Source of the DNA: an uncultured Candidatus Rokubacteria bacterium
Lineage (GTDB): Bacteria; Methylomirabilota; Methylomirabilia; Rokubacteriales; CSP1-6
Assembly: GCA_963754315.1 (NCBI GenBank)
Contig: CAVWFS010000015.1
Span: forward strand, 96,001-160,000
Direction: 5' to 3'
Length of the DNA stretch: 64,000 nt
Shown here: positions 1 to 9,709 of the stretch, piece by piece
Position numbering within the stretch: position 1 is the stretch's first letter
Layout: each line of letters starts with the position of its first letter
Position numbers and translations under genes: made by a program
The notes under the pieces: model-generated
Seen by the model: only the letters and a program-made list of their open reading frames with translations
Database searches by the model: none
Told to the model about the DNA's origin: nothing

Positions 1-738
1 GCCTCCGTCAACCGGATGTTCGCCGAGCTGCTCGGCAAGGAGGCGGGCTACTGCCGCGGCAAGGGCGGTTCCATGCACATCGCCGATCCTGACACGGGGA
101 ACCTCGGGGCGAACGCCATCGTGGGCGGCTCGGCCGGCATCGCGACCGGCGCGGCCCTGTCAGCCAAGATGCGACGCACCGACCAGGTTGCGGTGTGCTT
201 CTTCGGCGACGGGGCCCTCGGCCAGGGTCTCCTCTATGAAGCGATGAACATGGCAGCCCTCTGGAAGCTGCCGGTCATCTACGTCTGCGAGAATAACCTC
301 TACGGCGAGTACACGCCGTGTGGCGAGACCGTGGCCGGCGAGATCCTCGCCCGCGCCCGGGCCTTCGGTATCCACGCCGAGATGGTCGACGGCCAGGACG
401 TCCAGCTCGTGCAGGCGACGATGCGGCGGCTGGTGGAGCGCGCGCGCCGGGGAGAGGGGCCGGCCTTCCTCGAGTGCAAGACCTACCGCTACTACGGGCA
501 TCACGTGGGCGACGTCAACCGCGAGTATCGCTCGCGGGAAGAAGAGCATGAGTGGATGAGCAAACACGATCCGCTCGAGACCCTGGCCGGGCGACTCACG
601 GCCGACGGCCTGGCCGACACGAGCGTCTTCGAGCGCATCCAGGCCGACGTGAAGGCGGAGATCGACACCGGCGTGCAATTCGCGCTGGCGGCGGCGTACC
701 CGGCGGCCACTCAAGTCGACGAGGACGTCTATGCGTGA
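1..738 (+). CDS. ThDP-dependent dehydrogenase E1 alpha subunit (pyruvate/acetoin dehydrogenase family), 5'-truncated by window edge
   Basis: GKGGSMH, FFGDGA...ENN ThDP motif, TYRYYGHH loop; frame open from base 1. Confidence 0.92.
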   Translation, partial: ASVNRMFAELLGKEAGYCRGKGGSMHIADPDTGNLGANAIVGGSAGIATGAALSAKMRRTDQVAVCFFGDGALGQGLLYEAMNMAALWKLPVIYVCENNLYGEYTPCGETVAGEILARARAFGIHAEMVDGQDVQLVQATMRRLVERARRGEGPAFLECKTYRYYGHHVGDVNREYRSREEEHEWMSKHDPLETLAGRLTADGLADTSVFERIQADVKAEIDTGVQFALAAAYPAATQVDEDVYA

Positions 739-2219
739 GGGGTTGGCCGCGGAGGCGTGACCGGTCGCCGTGGCGCCAGCGGCAGCGCGCGCAGACCGTT
801 CAGATCGATCGGGGGCATCTCCAGGCTCAGACTCTGGAGCACAGCGTTGGCGAGCTCGTTGTAGCGATTGAAGGAGCGGCGGAGCCGACCGCGCCAGGCA
901 GGAATTCCACCGTTGGCGTGAAGCTCGAACGCCGACTCCCGGCCGTCCAGGGCAGAGGCGACGTGATCGGCGGCCATCTGAAGCAAGGCCGAGCGCTGCA
1001 GAGCCGTGTAGCCGCCGCCCCTGAACGACTCCTCCAGCTCCGCTCCCACCTCGGGTGAGGCCAGGTCCTTGTCGGACGGGGCCACCATGAGCGACGATCC
1101 CGGAAGAATGCGCAGGATCTCGGTGATACGCTGCCGCGCCTTCTGCATGGCGATGCTGCCCGCCGCCACGTGGCCGCGCCCGGGAATGCAGTAGCCCTCG
1201 GCCGTGAGTTCCGGATCGAGCTCGGCGGCCGTTTGACAGCTTCGGACGGTTTGCACGTCCACGATCAGATCAACCAGGTACTCGATGGTCGGCTCATGCT
1301 CCGTGAGCCCCATGGCGTGCGTGCAGGCCAGGGCGAGCCCCAGCGTGAACTCCGCCTTCGAGAGCCAGCAGTAGAGCTGGTGCCAGAACAGCCAGGAAGC
1401 CATGGCTTCCGGCGATGGATCGAGGAGAAAGACACGCTCCCAGGGGACGAAGACATCATCGAGCCACATCTGGCCGTCGAGCTCGTCATAGCGGCTGCTC
1501 AAGGGGGCGAGGAACGGGTTCGCGTGGCGGGCCGAGATCTTCCGGCACACGATCGTGACGCCGGGAGCATTGACGGCAACGATGAAGGTCGCCCGATGCC
1601 CGTCGCGATCAATGCCCGAGTGCCCCCCCACGTACACGTCCTCGGCGTAGGCGGGGCTGGTGTGCATGCCAATCTTCCCCCGGACGATGACCCCGGCATC
1701 GGTCTCGCGGACGAGCTGAAGCGCGGCGCGGGCGTCAGGATCGTCGCGCAGGCGATAACCGATGGTGGCGGCCCCCGCCGAAAACGTCAGGAATCGTCCC
1801 GTGCGGACAATCAGATCCCGGTACGCGGCGGCGTGGGTAATCTGCTCCCGGGAGACGTTGCGTTGCTGAACGGCGTCGAGAATGCCGAGCGCGATGAGAT
1901 TTCCGTAGGCCGGAGTGTGGGTGATGTTGCCAGCGCTCAGAAAGGTCGTCGCCGAGAAACACTGACCCATTCCGCGCAGGTGATCGGAGCTCGTGGGGAG
2001 AGTGAAGGCCCAGGGCGTACGGCTCCCCTGGGGATCGGCGGGCCCCAGGACGGTGTCGCGCCACGCCGGGTCGAAGTGACGGTCATACCAGGCCACGTAT
2101 TCGTCCACCATGGCGCGCGTGGCGGGATGCACGGTGACGTCATCGATCAAGCCTTCACCCATGATCCACACCCGGCGACCATCGCGCAGCGCCTCTCGGT
2201 ACTCGGCTCCCGTCCTCAT
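729..2219 (-). CDS. 4-hydroxyphenylacetate 3-hydroxylase (HpaB)-family flavin monooxygenase oxygenase component
   Basis: MRTGAEYREALRDGRRVWIMGE...VTVHP N-terminus; SSRYDELD...DDVFVPWERVF motif. Confidence 0.85.
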   Translation of the reverse strand: MRTGAEYREALRDGRRVWIMGEGLIDDVTVHPATRAMVDEYVAWYDRHFDPAWRDTVLGPADPQGSRTPWAFTLPTSSDHLRGMGQCFSATTFLSAGNITHTPAYGNLIALGILDAVQQRNVSREQITHAAAYRDLIVRTGRFLTFSAGAATIGYRLRDDPDARAALQLVRETDAGVIVRGKIGMHTSPAYAEDVYVGGHSGIDRDGHRATFIVAVNAPGVTIVCRKISARHANPFLAPLSSRYDELDGQMWLDDVFVPWERVFLLDPSPEAMASWLFWHQLYCWLSKAEFTLGLALACTHAMGLTEHEPTIEYLVDLIVDVQTVRSCQTAAELDPELTAEGYCIPGRGHVAAGSIAMQKARQRITEILRILPGSSLMVAPSDKDLASPEVGAELEESFRGGGYTALQRSALLQMAADHVASALDGRESAFELHANGGIPAWRGRLRRSFNRYNELANAVLQSLSLEMPPIDLNGLRALPLAPRRPVTPPRPTPHA

Positions 2220-3973
2220 GGCCGCGTGATCACGTCGACGAGGGCGGGGAGGCCCTCGTCCTTCACGACGCGCAGGGCGCGCCGCAGGGCTGGCCCCACG
2301 GCGTCAGGCGTCTCGATGGGGCCCTCCGCGTAAACACCGAATCCCTGGGCGATGCGCGCAAAGTCGGGGGCCGGGTTGTCGATGCGAATCCCCACGACCT
2401 TGTTCTCTACCGGGCGACCCCGGGTCTTGGCGACCGCGTCCTGATGCTCCTCGTCGTTGCCGTACGAGCGATTGTTGAACATCACCGTGAGCAGGGGCAG
2501 CCGGTGGTGAGACGCCGTGTAGAATCCGCTCACCACGTAGAGAAGGTCGCCATCCGCCTGCAAATTCACACAGAGTTTTCCGCTGCCTCGATGGGCGAGC
2601 GCCACTCCCAGCGCGGCCGGAAGGCCGTAGCCAAGTCCAGCTCCGCCGCTCCCGCCATAGCTACGCTCGGGCTGCCAGTCCCAGAGCCGCCGCGCCCAGC
2701 CCTTGCCAGTCCCGTTGGCGAGGATCCAATCCTCGTTCTGGATAACCTTCCACACTTCGGCGGCGAGGACGGATGGGGCAATGGGTCGCGCCGAGCGCTC
2801 GAGGTCGAGCGTGGTGTCCCATTCACGACGGAGCGCTGCATGGCGGGCCGCCACCCGCGCGGCGCGCGTCTGGCGCTCGGAGGCCCGAGGGTCGTTGGTG
2901 AGACGGTCGTCGACCGCCGCCAGCAGGGCGGGCAGCGCCAGCCCGGCGTCGGCAGCGATGGGAAGATCGACCGGGGCCAGCGACTGGTACGTCTGCGCCC
3001 AGCTCCGCAGCGCGTAGTCGTCGAGGGAAATTGAAATGACGTGCGCGCCCTCGTTCAGCAGTCGCACCTCGCGGGTGCTGCGATCGGTCTCGGCCAGCGC
3101 GCTGAGAAAGCTCGATACGTCGAGGGCCAGAACCACGTCGGCCTCGGCCACGACCTCACGGCGAGCATCGGTCATGTCGAGCGGATGGCGAGAGGAGACA
3201 CTCGGCCGCCCCTGGGACTCACCGGCGAGATCGATGAGGGGTGCGGCGAGCCGCTCGGCAAGACGACCGAGGGCGGCACACGCATGAGGTCGACGCCCGA
3301 GCGACTCGACGAGAATGATGGGAAAACGCGCCTCGACAAGCCGCCGCGCCGCCTCGTCGAGCGCGCGCGGATCGGCGTGTGGTGGTGTGGACGGCCCGAA
3401 GCGCGTCACATCGGGCACAGAGACCGGACCGTCGAGAGCTTGCTCCTGGAGCGCAGCATCGAGGCAGAGGTACACCGGGCCTTGAGGTTCGCTCTGGGCC
3501 ACCCGCCAGGCTCGCAGAAAGGTTTCGGGAATGGCACCGATGCTGGCTGGCTGGTCGTCCAGCTTGACGTAGTCGCGCACCTGGGTGCCCTGCACGAGGG
3601 CCGTATGGATCCAGTCGATCCACGGCCGGCGGCGGGTCGAATCCATGGGGCCCGTGGCCCCCAGTACCAAGATCGGCGCCCGGTCGCAGAACGCGTTGAA
3701 GATCGCCATGCTGGCGTGCTGAAGGCCGACGATGTCGTGCACCACGGCCGCCATCGGCCTCCCTTTGGCCTTGGCATAGCCGTGGGCGAGGCCGACCGCG
3801 ATCTCTTCGTGAGTGGTGAGGATCAGCTCGGGCTGTTGGGGTCCACGGTAGTTCACCAGCGAGTCGTGAAGGCCACGAAAGGTCGCGCCCGGATTGATCG
3901 CGACATGCTCGACCCCCACCGCGCGCAGCAGGTCAACGACCAGGTCGGAGCCATAGCGAGCCGTCGGCGCCAC
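2216..3973 (-). CDS. ThDP-binding enzyme (benzoylformate decarboxylase/acetolactate synthase-like)
   Basis: NPGATFRGLHDS, HEEIAVGLAHGY, ADGD...NN motif; GTG start at 3973 chosen; 4-bp overlap with the downstream gene. Confidence 0.88.
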   Translation of the reverse strand: MAPTARYGSDLVVDLLRAVGVEHVAINPGATFRGLHDSLVNYRGPQQPELILTTHEEIAVGLAHGYAKAKGRPMAAVVHDIVGLQHASMAIFNAFCDRAPILVLGATGPMDSTRRRPWIDWIHTALVQGTQVRDYVKLDDQPASIGAIPETFLRAWRVAQSEPQGPVYLCLDAALQEQALDGPVSVPDVTRFGPSTPPHADPRALDEAARRLVEARFPIILVESLGRRPHACAALGRLAERLAAPLIDLAGESQGRPSVSSRHPLDMTDARREVVAEADVVLALDVSSFLSALAETDRSTREVRLLNEGAHVISISLDDYALRSWAQTYQSLAPVDLPIAADAGLALPALLAAVDDRLTNDPRASERQTRAARVAARHAALRREWDTTLDLERSARPIAPSVLAAEVWKVIQNEDWILANGTGKGWARRLWDWQPERSYGGSGGAGLGYGLPAALGVALAHRGSGKLCVNLQADGDLLYVVSGFYTASHHRLPLLTVMFNNRSYGNDEEHQDAVAKTRGRPVENKVVGIRIDNPAPDFARIAQGFGVYAEGPIETPDAVGPALRRALRVVKDEGLPALVDVITRP

Positions 3974-3981
3974 GGAAAGGC

Positions 3982-4065
3982 ACCGTATGTCGGTCCCCGC
4001 AAGGTTGTCAAGCGCGCGCGAGCCATGGCGGCTCCTTGACACCGTCTCGCCCCTGACCTTAGAAA
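3982..4065. promoter_or_regulatory. Back-to-back sigma70-like promoters with an intervening palindrome
   Basis: TTGACA on - (4006-4011) and on + (4036-4041), each with a -10-like hexamer 18 bp away; GAGCC-N5-GGCTC at 4020-4034. Confidence 0.45.
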
Positions 4066-4126
4066 TGCGGCGTAATGGCCCTGTGATGCTGGTCCTCGAG
4101 GAAAGGCGGCGCGCGTGGCCTACTTC

Positions 4127-4759
4127 ATGAGACTGCTCGAGGACAGGCTGACGGTCGGGGCTTTGTCGAGGCCGCTGCCACCCCTGCACCGTGTTCTGTT
4201 CGTGATCGAAGGCGAGTCACGTGTGTCCGCCCAGAAGGTTGAGCGGTCGGTGGCCGCTGGCCACGCCTGGTACGGACACGAGCCCTGCGCGCTCGGGCCA
4301 GGTGACGCGAACGCGCGCGTGCTACGTTTCGAGCTGTACCGGGATCGGCCCCCCGCGCTCGACGGCGGCATGCTGAAGCTCGCCCACTCGATCGACCTCG
4401 ATCCGAAGGCAGCCTGGCTGATGCGCTGCGATCGGGTGGACTTCGAGCCGGCGGGCGAAGCTCCCTTGCATCGTCACCGCGGCGGCGGCATCCGCTGCCT
4501 CCTGCGTGGCGCGATCGAGGTCACCGTGGGCGACGAGCCGGCCCGCCGGATTCTCCCCGGAGGGGCCTGGTTCGAAAGTGGGCGCGAGCCCGTCTACGCG
4601 GCGGCGGCGCTTGACGAGGAGACGAGCTTCATCCGGGTGACCGTCCAGCCGGCGGAGATCCGCGGACGGAGCTCCATCATGTACGTGAACCCCGCCGACG
4701 CAACCCGAAAACCTCGCTCGTACCACGTCTTCGTCGACGAGCCCATCCGGCTGCGCTAG
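4127..4759 (+). CDS. Cupin-fold protein
   Basis: PLHRHRGGGIRCLLRG...GGAWFESG cupin-like motif; start uncertain (4115 or 4127). Confidence 0.65.
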   Translation: MRLLEDRLTVGALSRPLPPLHRVLFVIEGESRVSAQKVERSVAAGHAWYGHEPCALGPGDANARVLRFELYRDRPPALDGGMLKLAHSIDLDPKAAWLMRCDRVDFEPAGEAPLHRHRGGGIRCLLRGAIEVTVGDEPARRILPGGAWFESGREPVYAAAALDEETSFIRVTVQPAEIRGRSSIMYVNPADATRKPRSYHVFVDEPIRLR

Positions 4760-4841
4760 GATGTAGGCCCCGACATGATCCTCAACCTTCTGCGGCCGAA
4801 CCGCTCCCGGGAACCAGGGGGCAGTTCTCGACGTTCCCAGC
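4760..4841 (+). repeat. Single degenerate copy of the ~85-bp two-hairpin intergenic element
   Basis: GGCCCCGACATG...CCCGGGAACC...CTCGAC...CCAGC aligns by eye with the unit at 25505-25588; stem GAACCGCTCCC/GGGGGCAGTTC. Confidence 0.6.
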
Positions 4842-4868
4842 ATGGTGGATCCTGAGAGACGATAGCCG

Positions 4869-5957
4869 ATGAGCATGTCCGCGCCCACGGTGGGAATCAT
4901 CGGGCTCGGCTTCGGCCGCGCCCACATCCCTGCCTTCCAGGCCCAGGGCTGTCACGTGGTTGCCCTTTGCCAGCGCGATCAGGCGAGCGCCAAAATCCTG
5001 GCTGACCGCTATCGCATTCCGCGCGTCTTCGACCGCTGGGAGGAGATGCTGGAGGCGGCTCGACCCGAGATCGTCGTCATTGCCGCCCCGCCGCATCTGC
5101 ACCACCCCATCGCGTTGCGCGCGTTTGCCCAGGGCGCCCACGTGCTGTGTGAGAAACCACTGGCCATGAACCGGACCGAGGGCGAGGCGATGCTCAGCGC
5201 GGCCGAGCGCAGCCGCCGCACCGCCATGACCAGTTTCAACTGGCGCTTCGTGGCCGCCATGCAAGAACTTCACGCCCGCGTGAATGAGGGCGCCCTCGGT
5301 CGGGTGTTCCACGTGAACGGCCGGTGGATGGGTGGGCGCTGGGCAAAGGCGACGGACGCAGCGACCTGGCGCATGGACCGAGCCCAGGCCGGCCACGGCT
5401 CGATGGGTGACATGGGAGTGCATCTGGTCGACTTCGTGCGCTGGACCTTCGGTGACTTCGTCCGCGTAGCGGCACGGGCAGGCGTGGCGTTTCCGGAGCG
5501 TTCGGCGCCTGGTGTGGAGCGTCCCGCCGACGCCGAGGACTACTGCGCCATCGTCGGAGAGCTCACCTCGGGCGCCACGGTCGCGCTCAGCACGAGCCGG
5601 GCCGCGCGGGGGCTCAACGAGCACTCGCTGGATGCTTTCGGGAGCGGCGGTGGCCTCGCGTATCGCTTCGTCCGTGACGGCAGCCGCTGGTGGGACGGAG
5701 AGCTGCGCGCCACGGCCGACGGAGATGTCCTCAAGCTCGTGAGCCCGCGTGTCACGTCGGATGGGGCGGGCGAAGGCGACCAGATGGAAATCGTCGGCAA
5801 GGCCACCATCGGCCCCCTCGTCGGCCGCTTTCTGGACGCCATCAAGACTGGCACGTCTGCCGAGCCCTCCTTTCTCGACGGTGTTCGGGCCCAGGCCGTC
5901 CTCGACGCTGTGCTGGCCGCCACCGTGCGAGGGGACTGGGTGCCGGTAACACGATGA
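4869..5957 (+). CDS. Gfo/Idh/MocA family oxidoreductase
   Basis: GIIGLGFG Rossmann motif, HVLCEKPLA, DMGVHLVD. Confidence 0.92.
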   Translation: MSMSAPTVGIIGLGFGRAHIPAFQAQGCHVVALCQRDQASAKILADRYRIPRVFDRWEEMLEAARPEIVVIAAPPHLHHPIALRAFAQGAHVLCEKPLAMNRTEGEAMLSAAERSRRTAMTSFNWRFVAAMQELHARVNEGALGRVFHVNGRWMGGRWAKATDAATWRMDRAQAGHGSMGDMGVHLVDFVRWTFGDFVRVAARAGVAFPERSAPGVERPADAEDYCAIVGELTSGATVALSTSRAARGLNEHSLDAFGSGGGLAYRFVRDGSRWWDGELRATADGDVLKLVSPRVTSDGAGEGDQMEIVGKATIGPLVGRFLDAIKTGTSAEPSFLDGVRAQAVLDAVLAATVRGDWVPVTR

Positions 5958-6070
5958 AGGGACGGGTCACGCACCTATGTTGCCGCGCCCGCCACCACCC
6001 GGATTTGATAGCGTCGTCCACGCGACGTTCCCGTGAAGTCAACCGTCCACCACAGAAAGGAGTCACTCAG

Positions 6071-6502
6071 ATGATTCGACGCATGCTCACCCTCACCGCC
6101 GCGGGTGCTTTCCTCATGTCGGTCGCGGCGCCCGTCCTGGCCCAGCAGCCCGCGGCAGCACCGCCCAAGGCCGATGCCCCCAAGGCTGACATGGCCAAGC
6201 CGGACGCCAGCAAGGCCACGGCGAAGCCCGCCAAGGCGGCCACAAAGACGGCGACCGGTCAGCTCAAGAAGGTCAGCGATACCGAGATGGTCGTCATCGT
6301 CACCCCGAAGGGCAAGAACGCCGAAGACGTCACCTTCATCGTCGAGAAGGAAACGAAGATCATGAAGGGCGGCAAGGTCGTCGCGGTCAAGGATGTGATG
6401 GAGGCCGAGACGGTCACCGTGACCTACGCCGAGGCCGACGGCAAGAAGACCGCCAAGTCGGTCACGAGCAAGGGCGCCCCTGCCCCAGCCGCCAAGAAGT
6501 AG
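6071..6502 (+). CDS. Secreted Lys/Ala-rich small beta-rich protein of unknown function
   Basis: AAAGGAG RBS, signal peptide ending VLA-Q, low-complexity PKAD linker, strongly biased codons. Confidence 0.75.
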   Translation: MIRRMLTLTAAGAFLMSVAAPVLAQQPAAAPPKADAPKADMAKPDASKATAKPAKAATKTATGQLKKVSDTEMVVIVTPKGKNAEDVTFIVEKETKIMKGGKVVAVKDVMEAETVTVTYAEADGKKTAKSVTSKGAPAPAAKK

Positions 6503-6522
6503 CCACACGTCAGGATTGCCGG

Positions 6523-6550
6523 ACCCCCGGGGTCGCGCGACTCCGGGGGT
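6523..6550 (+). terminator. GC-rich hairpin after the secreted-protein gene (no U-tract)
   Basis: ACCCCCGGGGTCG-CG-CGACTCCGGGGGT, 13-bp stem with one G-T pair. Confidence 0.45.
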
Positions 6551-7646
6551 GCGGAGTCGGTTGTCGCTTGCTCTGCTGATTCTGCTCGCCACGGTGCTCA
6601 CGGGAGCGCTCGTGGCGAGCTACTTCACCTTCTGGCGGGCCGTTCGGCCACCCCGTGCCAAGGTCCCTCTGAAGCCGTCCGATGTCGGTCTCGAGGTGCG
6701 CGATATCACGATCGACGCCGAGGACGGTGTCGCTCTGCACGGCTGGCTCGTTCCCCGTCCAGGGGCCCCTGGTGTCGTGGTCCTGCATGGCTATCCGGCC
6801 GAGAAAGCGGAGATGTTGCCGATCGCGGCGACATTGGCCCAGCACTTCTCGGTGCTCCTCATGGACCTCCGATACTTCGGAAAAAGCGGAGGTGGCGCCA
6901 CGACCTTTGGAGTCCGCGAACGTGGCGACCTGCGGCGCGCTGTCGACGTCCTGATGGCACAGGGCACTTCTTCCGTCGGGGTGTTCGGGCTGTCCCTCGG
7001 CGGGGCGGTGGCGATCCTGACGGCGGCCGAGGACCCCCGCATCCGGGCCATCGCCGCCTGCGCGCCCTATTCCGACCTGAAGACCCTGGCGCGTGAGCTC
7101 CACGAATGGCTCGGCCTCGCGAAGTACCCTTACGTCGAGCTGATGGCGCTGTGGGGTCGCCTCCTCCTGGGCGTCGATCTCGGCGTTGCCTCGCCAGCAA
7201 CGGCGGCGCGCCATCTCATGACGCCAGTGCTTCTGATCGCCAGCCGTGAGGATGAGCTGATCCGCTTTCACCATGCGGAAGCTCTGCAGGCTGCCCTGCG
7301 CGGAAATCCGGCGGCCGAGTTCGTGGTCATGGCGCGCGGGCGCCACGGGGAGTTGCCGGCCGACGTCGTGTCACGCCTGGCGCGATTCTTCCGCGCTCAC
7401 CTCACCTCGACGAAGCTCGACGCAGAGCCAGTGTCCGAATCTCCCGGCCGCGTCAGCGGAATCCCCGTCACCCGGGCTCCGAAGGGGGCCAGAGCGTCCT
7501 CGATTGCCTGGGCTATGAGCGGATGGACCGGCATGATGCCGCCCTCCCCGGCCCCCTTGGCTCCAAGTGGGTTGAGCGGGGTGGGCGACTCCAGATGGCG
7601 AATCTCGAATGTGCGTGGGGCGTCGGCCGCCGTGGCCAGCGCATAG
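6549..7646 (+). CDS. Membrane-anchored alpha/beta hydrolase
   Basis: N-terminal TM helix, VVLHGY, nucleophile GLSLGG, Asp (EDELI), His (RHG); last ~80 codons run antisense into the next gene. Confidence 0.85.
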   Translation: MRSRLSLALLILLATVLTGALVASYFTFWRAVRPPRAKVPLKPSDVGLEVRDITIDAEDGVALHGWLVPRPGAPGVVVLHGYPAEKAEMLPIAATLAQHFSVLLMDLRYFGKSGGGATTFGVRERGDLRRAVDVLMAQGTSSVGVFGLSLGGAVAILTAAEDPRIRAIAACAPYSDLKTLARELHEWLGLAKYPYVELMALWGRLLLGVDLGVASPATAARHLMTPVLLIASREDELIRFHHAEALQAALRGNPAAEFVVMARGRHGELPADVVSRLARFFRAHLTSTKLDAEPVSESPGRVSGIPVTRAPKGARASSIAWAMSGWTGMMPPSPAPLAPSGLSGVGDSRWRISNVRGASAAVASA

Positions 7647-9709
7647 TCCATCAGGGTGGCCGTCAGCCGCTGACCGGACTCATCGTAGGCGAGCTGCTCG
7701 TTGAGGGCGTCAGGAATACCCTGCACCACGGCGCCATGGATCTGGCCGTCGACGAGAGTCGGTTGCAGCACGCGACCACAATCATGGGCCACGATCCAGC
7801 GCAGGATCGTCACCGCGCCCGTCTCCAGGTCGACCTCGAGGACGACCGCATGGGTCCCGTTGGCGTAGGCCGACTGCGCCACCGTGAACACGTGCGTCTC
7901 TTCGAGGCCCTCCGCCTCTCCGGGCGCGCGAGCCGCGTGAGCGGCTGCCGCGATCTGCGCCCAGCCAACCGAGCGGCTCGGCAATCCCCTCACGAAGAAC
8001 TGGCCGTTGTGGTTGATGACGTCGGCCGCGGCCGCTTCCAGCAGACGACCGGCAATGCGGGCAGCTTTCTGCACCACGGCGCGCCCGGCCAGCAACGCAG
8101 CGCTGCCTCCAATGGCCGCCGTGCGGCTGCCGTAGGTCCCACCGCCGGTCTCGATGAGCGCCGTGTCGCCCGTGAGAACCTCGATGGCAGACGGATCGAT
8201 CCCGAGAAGGTCGCCCACGAGCTCGGAGAACATGGTGACGTGGCCCTGCCCCTGGGGGGCGGCGCCCGTGATCACCGTCACCTGCCCGTCGGCCCTCACG
8301 CGGACCGTCACGCTCTCGTGGGGGACGGTCGCGGTCGCTTCGATGTAGTTCACGAGACCGATGCCGAGGTAACGTCCCTCCGCGCGCAGGCGCGACTGCT
8401 CCTGCCGCGTGGCGGGCAGGTCGAGGGTTTCCAGTGCCAGCTCCATACAGCGAGGAAAGTTGCCACTGTCGTAGATGACGGGGCCTCGGCCCGCGGTCGT
8501 GAGTCCCGTGTCGTGCGGATGAGCATCGGCCGGGACAAGGTTACGCCGGCGCACCGCGATGGGGTCGACGGCGAGCTCGCGGGCGAGCGCGTCGATGGCG
8601 CGCTCGATCACGGCCGTTCCCTGCGGGCGGCCGGCGCCCCGGTAGGCGCCTACCGGCGTGGTGTGGGTGAGAAGGCCCCGCATGCTCAGCTCCACGCTCG
8701 GGATCCGATAGGGCCCCACGGAGTGAATCATGGTGTTCTGGGGCAAGTTGAGGCCAGAGATGGTATAGGCCCCCATCTCGTGCAGGAAGCTATCGCGGAA
8801 GGCGAGCAGATCGCCCGCCCGCGTGGCGGCGATCACGAGGTCGTGGATCTGCTCGCGCTCCACGCACGCCACCAAGGTGTGCTCGCGACGGTCCTCGATC
8901 CACTTCACGGGACGGCCGAGCTTCATGGCGAGCGCGGCCACCACGATGTATTCGGGATAGTACATACCCTTGGTGCCGAATCCACCCCCCACGTCGGCCG
9001 GCGCGATCACCCGCACCTGCTCCTCGGCCAATCCCAGGTGGCCCGCGAACACGGCGCGGTGGCGGTGGACCATCTGGACGGCGGCCCATACGGTGAGCCG
9101 ACCGTCCGCCCAGTGGGCCACGAGCCCGCGCGGTTCGAGAGGATGGGCGCCGCCGCGCGAGAGTCGAAACCGGGTGCGGACCACGACCTCGGCCGCCCGC
9201 ATGGCCGCCTCGACGTCCCCCACGCGCTGTTGCCACTCGGTGACGACATTGGTGCCGAGCCAGTCGTGCACGAGCGGCGCGCCGGCCTCCAACGCCGCCT
9301 CGACGCCGACCACTGCGGGACGCGGGTCGTAGTCCACGCGAATGGCCTCGAGCGCGTCGTGGGCGCGGTATGTGTCGTCCGCGACGACAGCCGCCACCGG
9401 TTCGCCCACGAAGCGCACCACGTTCCGCGCCAGCGGCCTGATCCCGCACGGTCGCGGCAGCGCGGGATGCGGCGCATAGATTGGCATGGGCTCGGCCGCC
9501 GGCCCGAGGTCCTCCGAGGTGACGACGGCGATCACGCCCGGCGCGCCCGCGGCCGCCGTCGTATCGATACCGCGGATGACGGCGTGCGCATGGGGTGAGC
9601 GGAGGATGGCGACGTGCACCGAGTTCGCCAGGCGGAGGTCGTCGACGAACTGTCCGGCCCCGGTGACCAGACGCGGATCCTCACGCCGGCGAACCCCGTC
9701 CGTCCTCAC
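7397..9709 (-). CDS. Xanthine dehydrogenase-family molybdopterin-binding large subunit (form II CoxL-like)
   Basis: RREDPRLVTG, DVGGGFGTKG, AYRGAGR active-site motif, QGQGH, GAKGAGE; possible indel near 7447. Confidence 0.92.
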   Translation of the reverse strand: MRTDGVRRREDPRLVTGAGQFVDDLRLANSVHVAILRSPHAHAVIRGIDTTAAAGAPGVIAVVTSEDLGPAAEPMPIYAPHPALPRPCGIRPLARNVVRFVGEPVAAVVADDTYRAHDALEAIRVDYDPRPAVVGVEAALEAGAPLVHDWLGTNVVTEWQQRVGDVEAAMRAAEVVVRTRFRLSRGGAHPLEPRGLVAHWADGRLTVWAAVQMVHRHRAVFAGHLGLAEEQVRVIAPADVGGGFGTKGMYYPEYIVVAALAMKLGRPVKWIEDRREHTLVACVEREQIHDLVIAATRAGDLLAFRDSFLHEMGAYTISGLNLPQNTMIHSVGPYRIPSVELSMRGLLTHTTPVGAYRGAGRPQGTAVIERAIDALARELAVDPIAVRRRNLVPADAHPHDTGLTTAGRGPVIYDSGNFPRCMELALETLDLPATRQEQSRLRAEGRYLGIGLVNYIEATATVPHESVTVRVRADGQVTVITGAAPQGQGHVTMFSELVGDLLGIDPSAIEVLTGDTALIETGGGTYGSRTAAIGGSAALLAGRAVVQKAARIAGRLLEAAAADVINHNGQFFVRGLPSRSVGWAQIAAAAHAARAPGEAEGLEETHVFTVAQSAYANGTHAVVLEVDLETGAVTILRWIVAHDCGRVLQPTLVDGQIHGAVVQGIPDALNEQLAYDESGQRLTATLMDYALATAADAPRTFEIRHLESPTPLNPLGAKGAGEGGIMPVHPLIAQAIEDALAPFGARVTGIPLTRPGDSDTGSASSFVEVR

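Noticed and set aside
7397..9709. Aerobic CO dehydrogenase (form I CoxL)
   Set aside because: The active-site motif is AYRGAGR, not AYxCSFR, and coxMS and accessory genes are absent.
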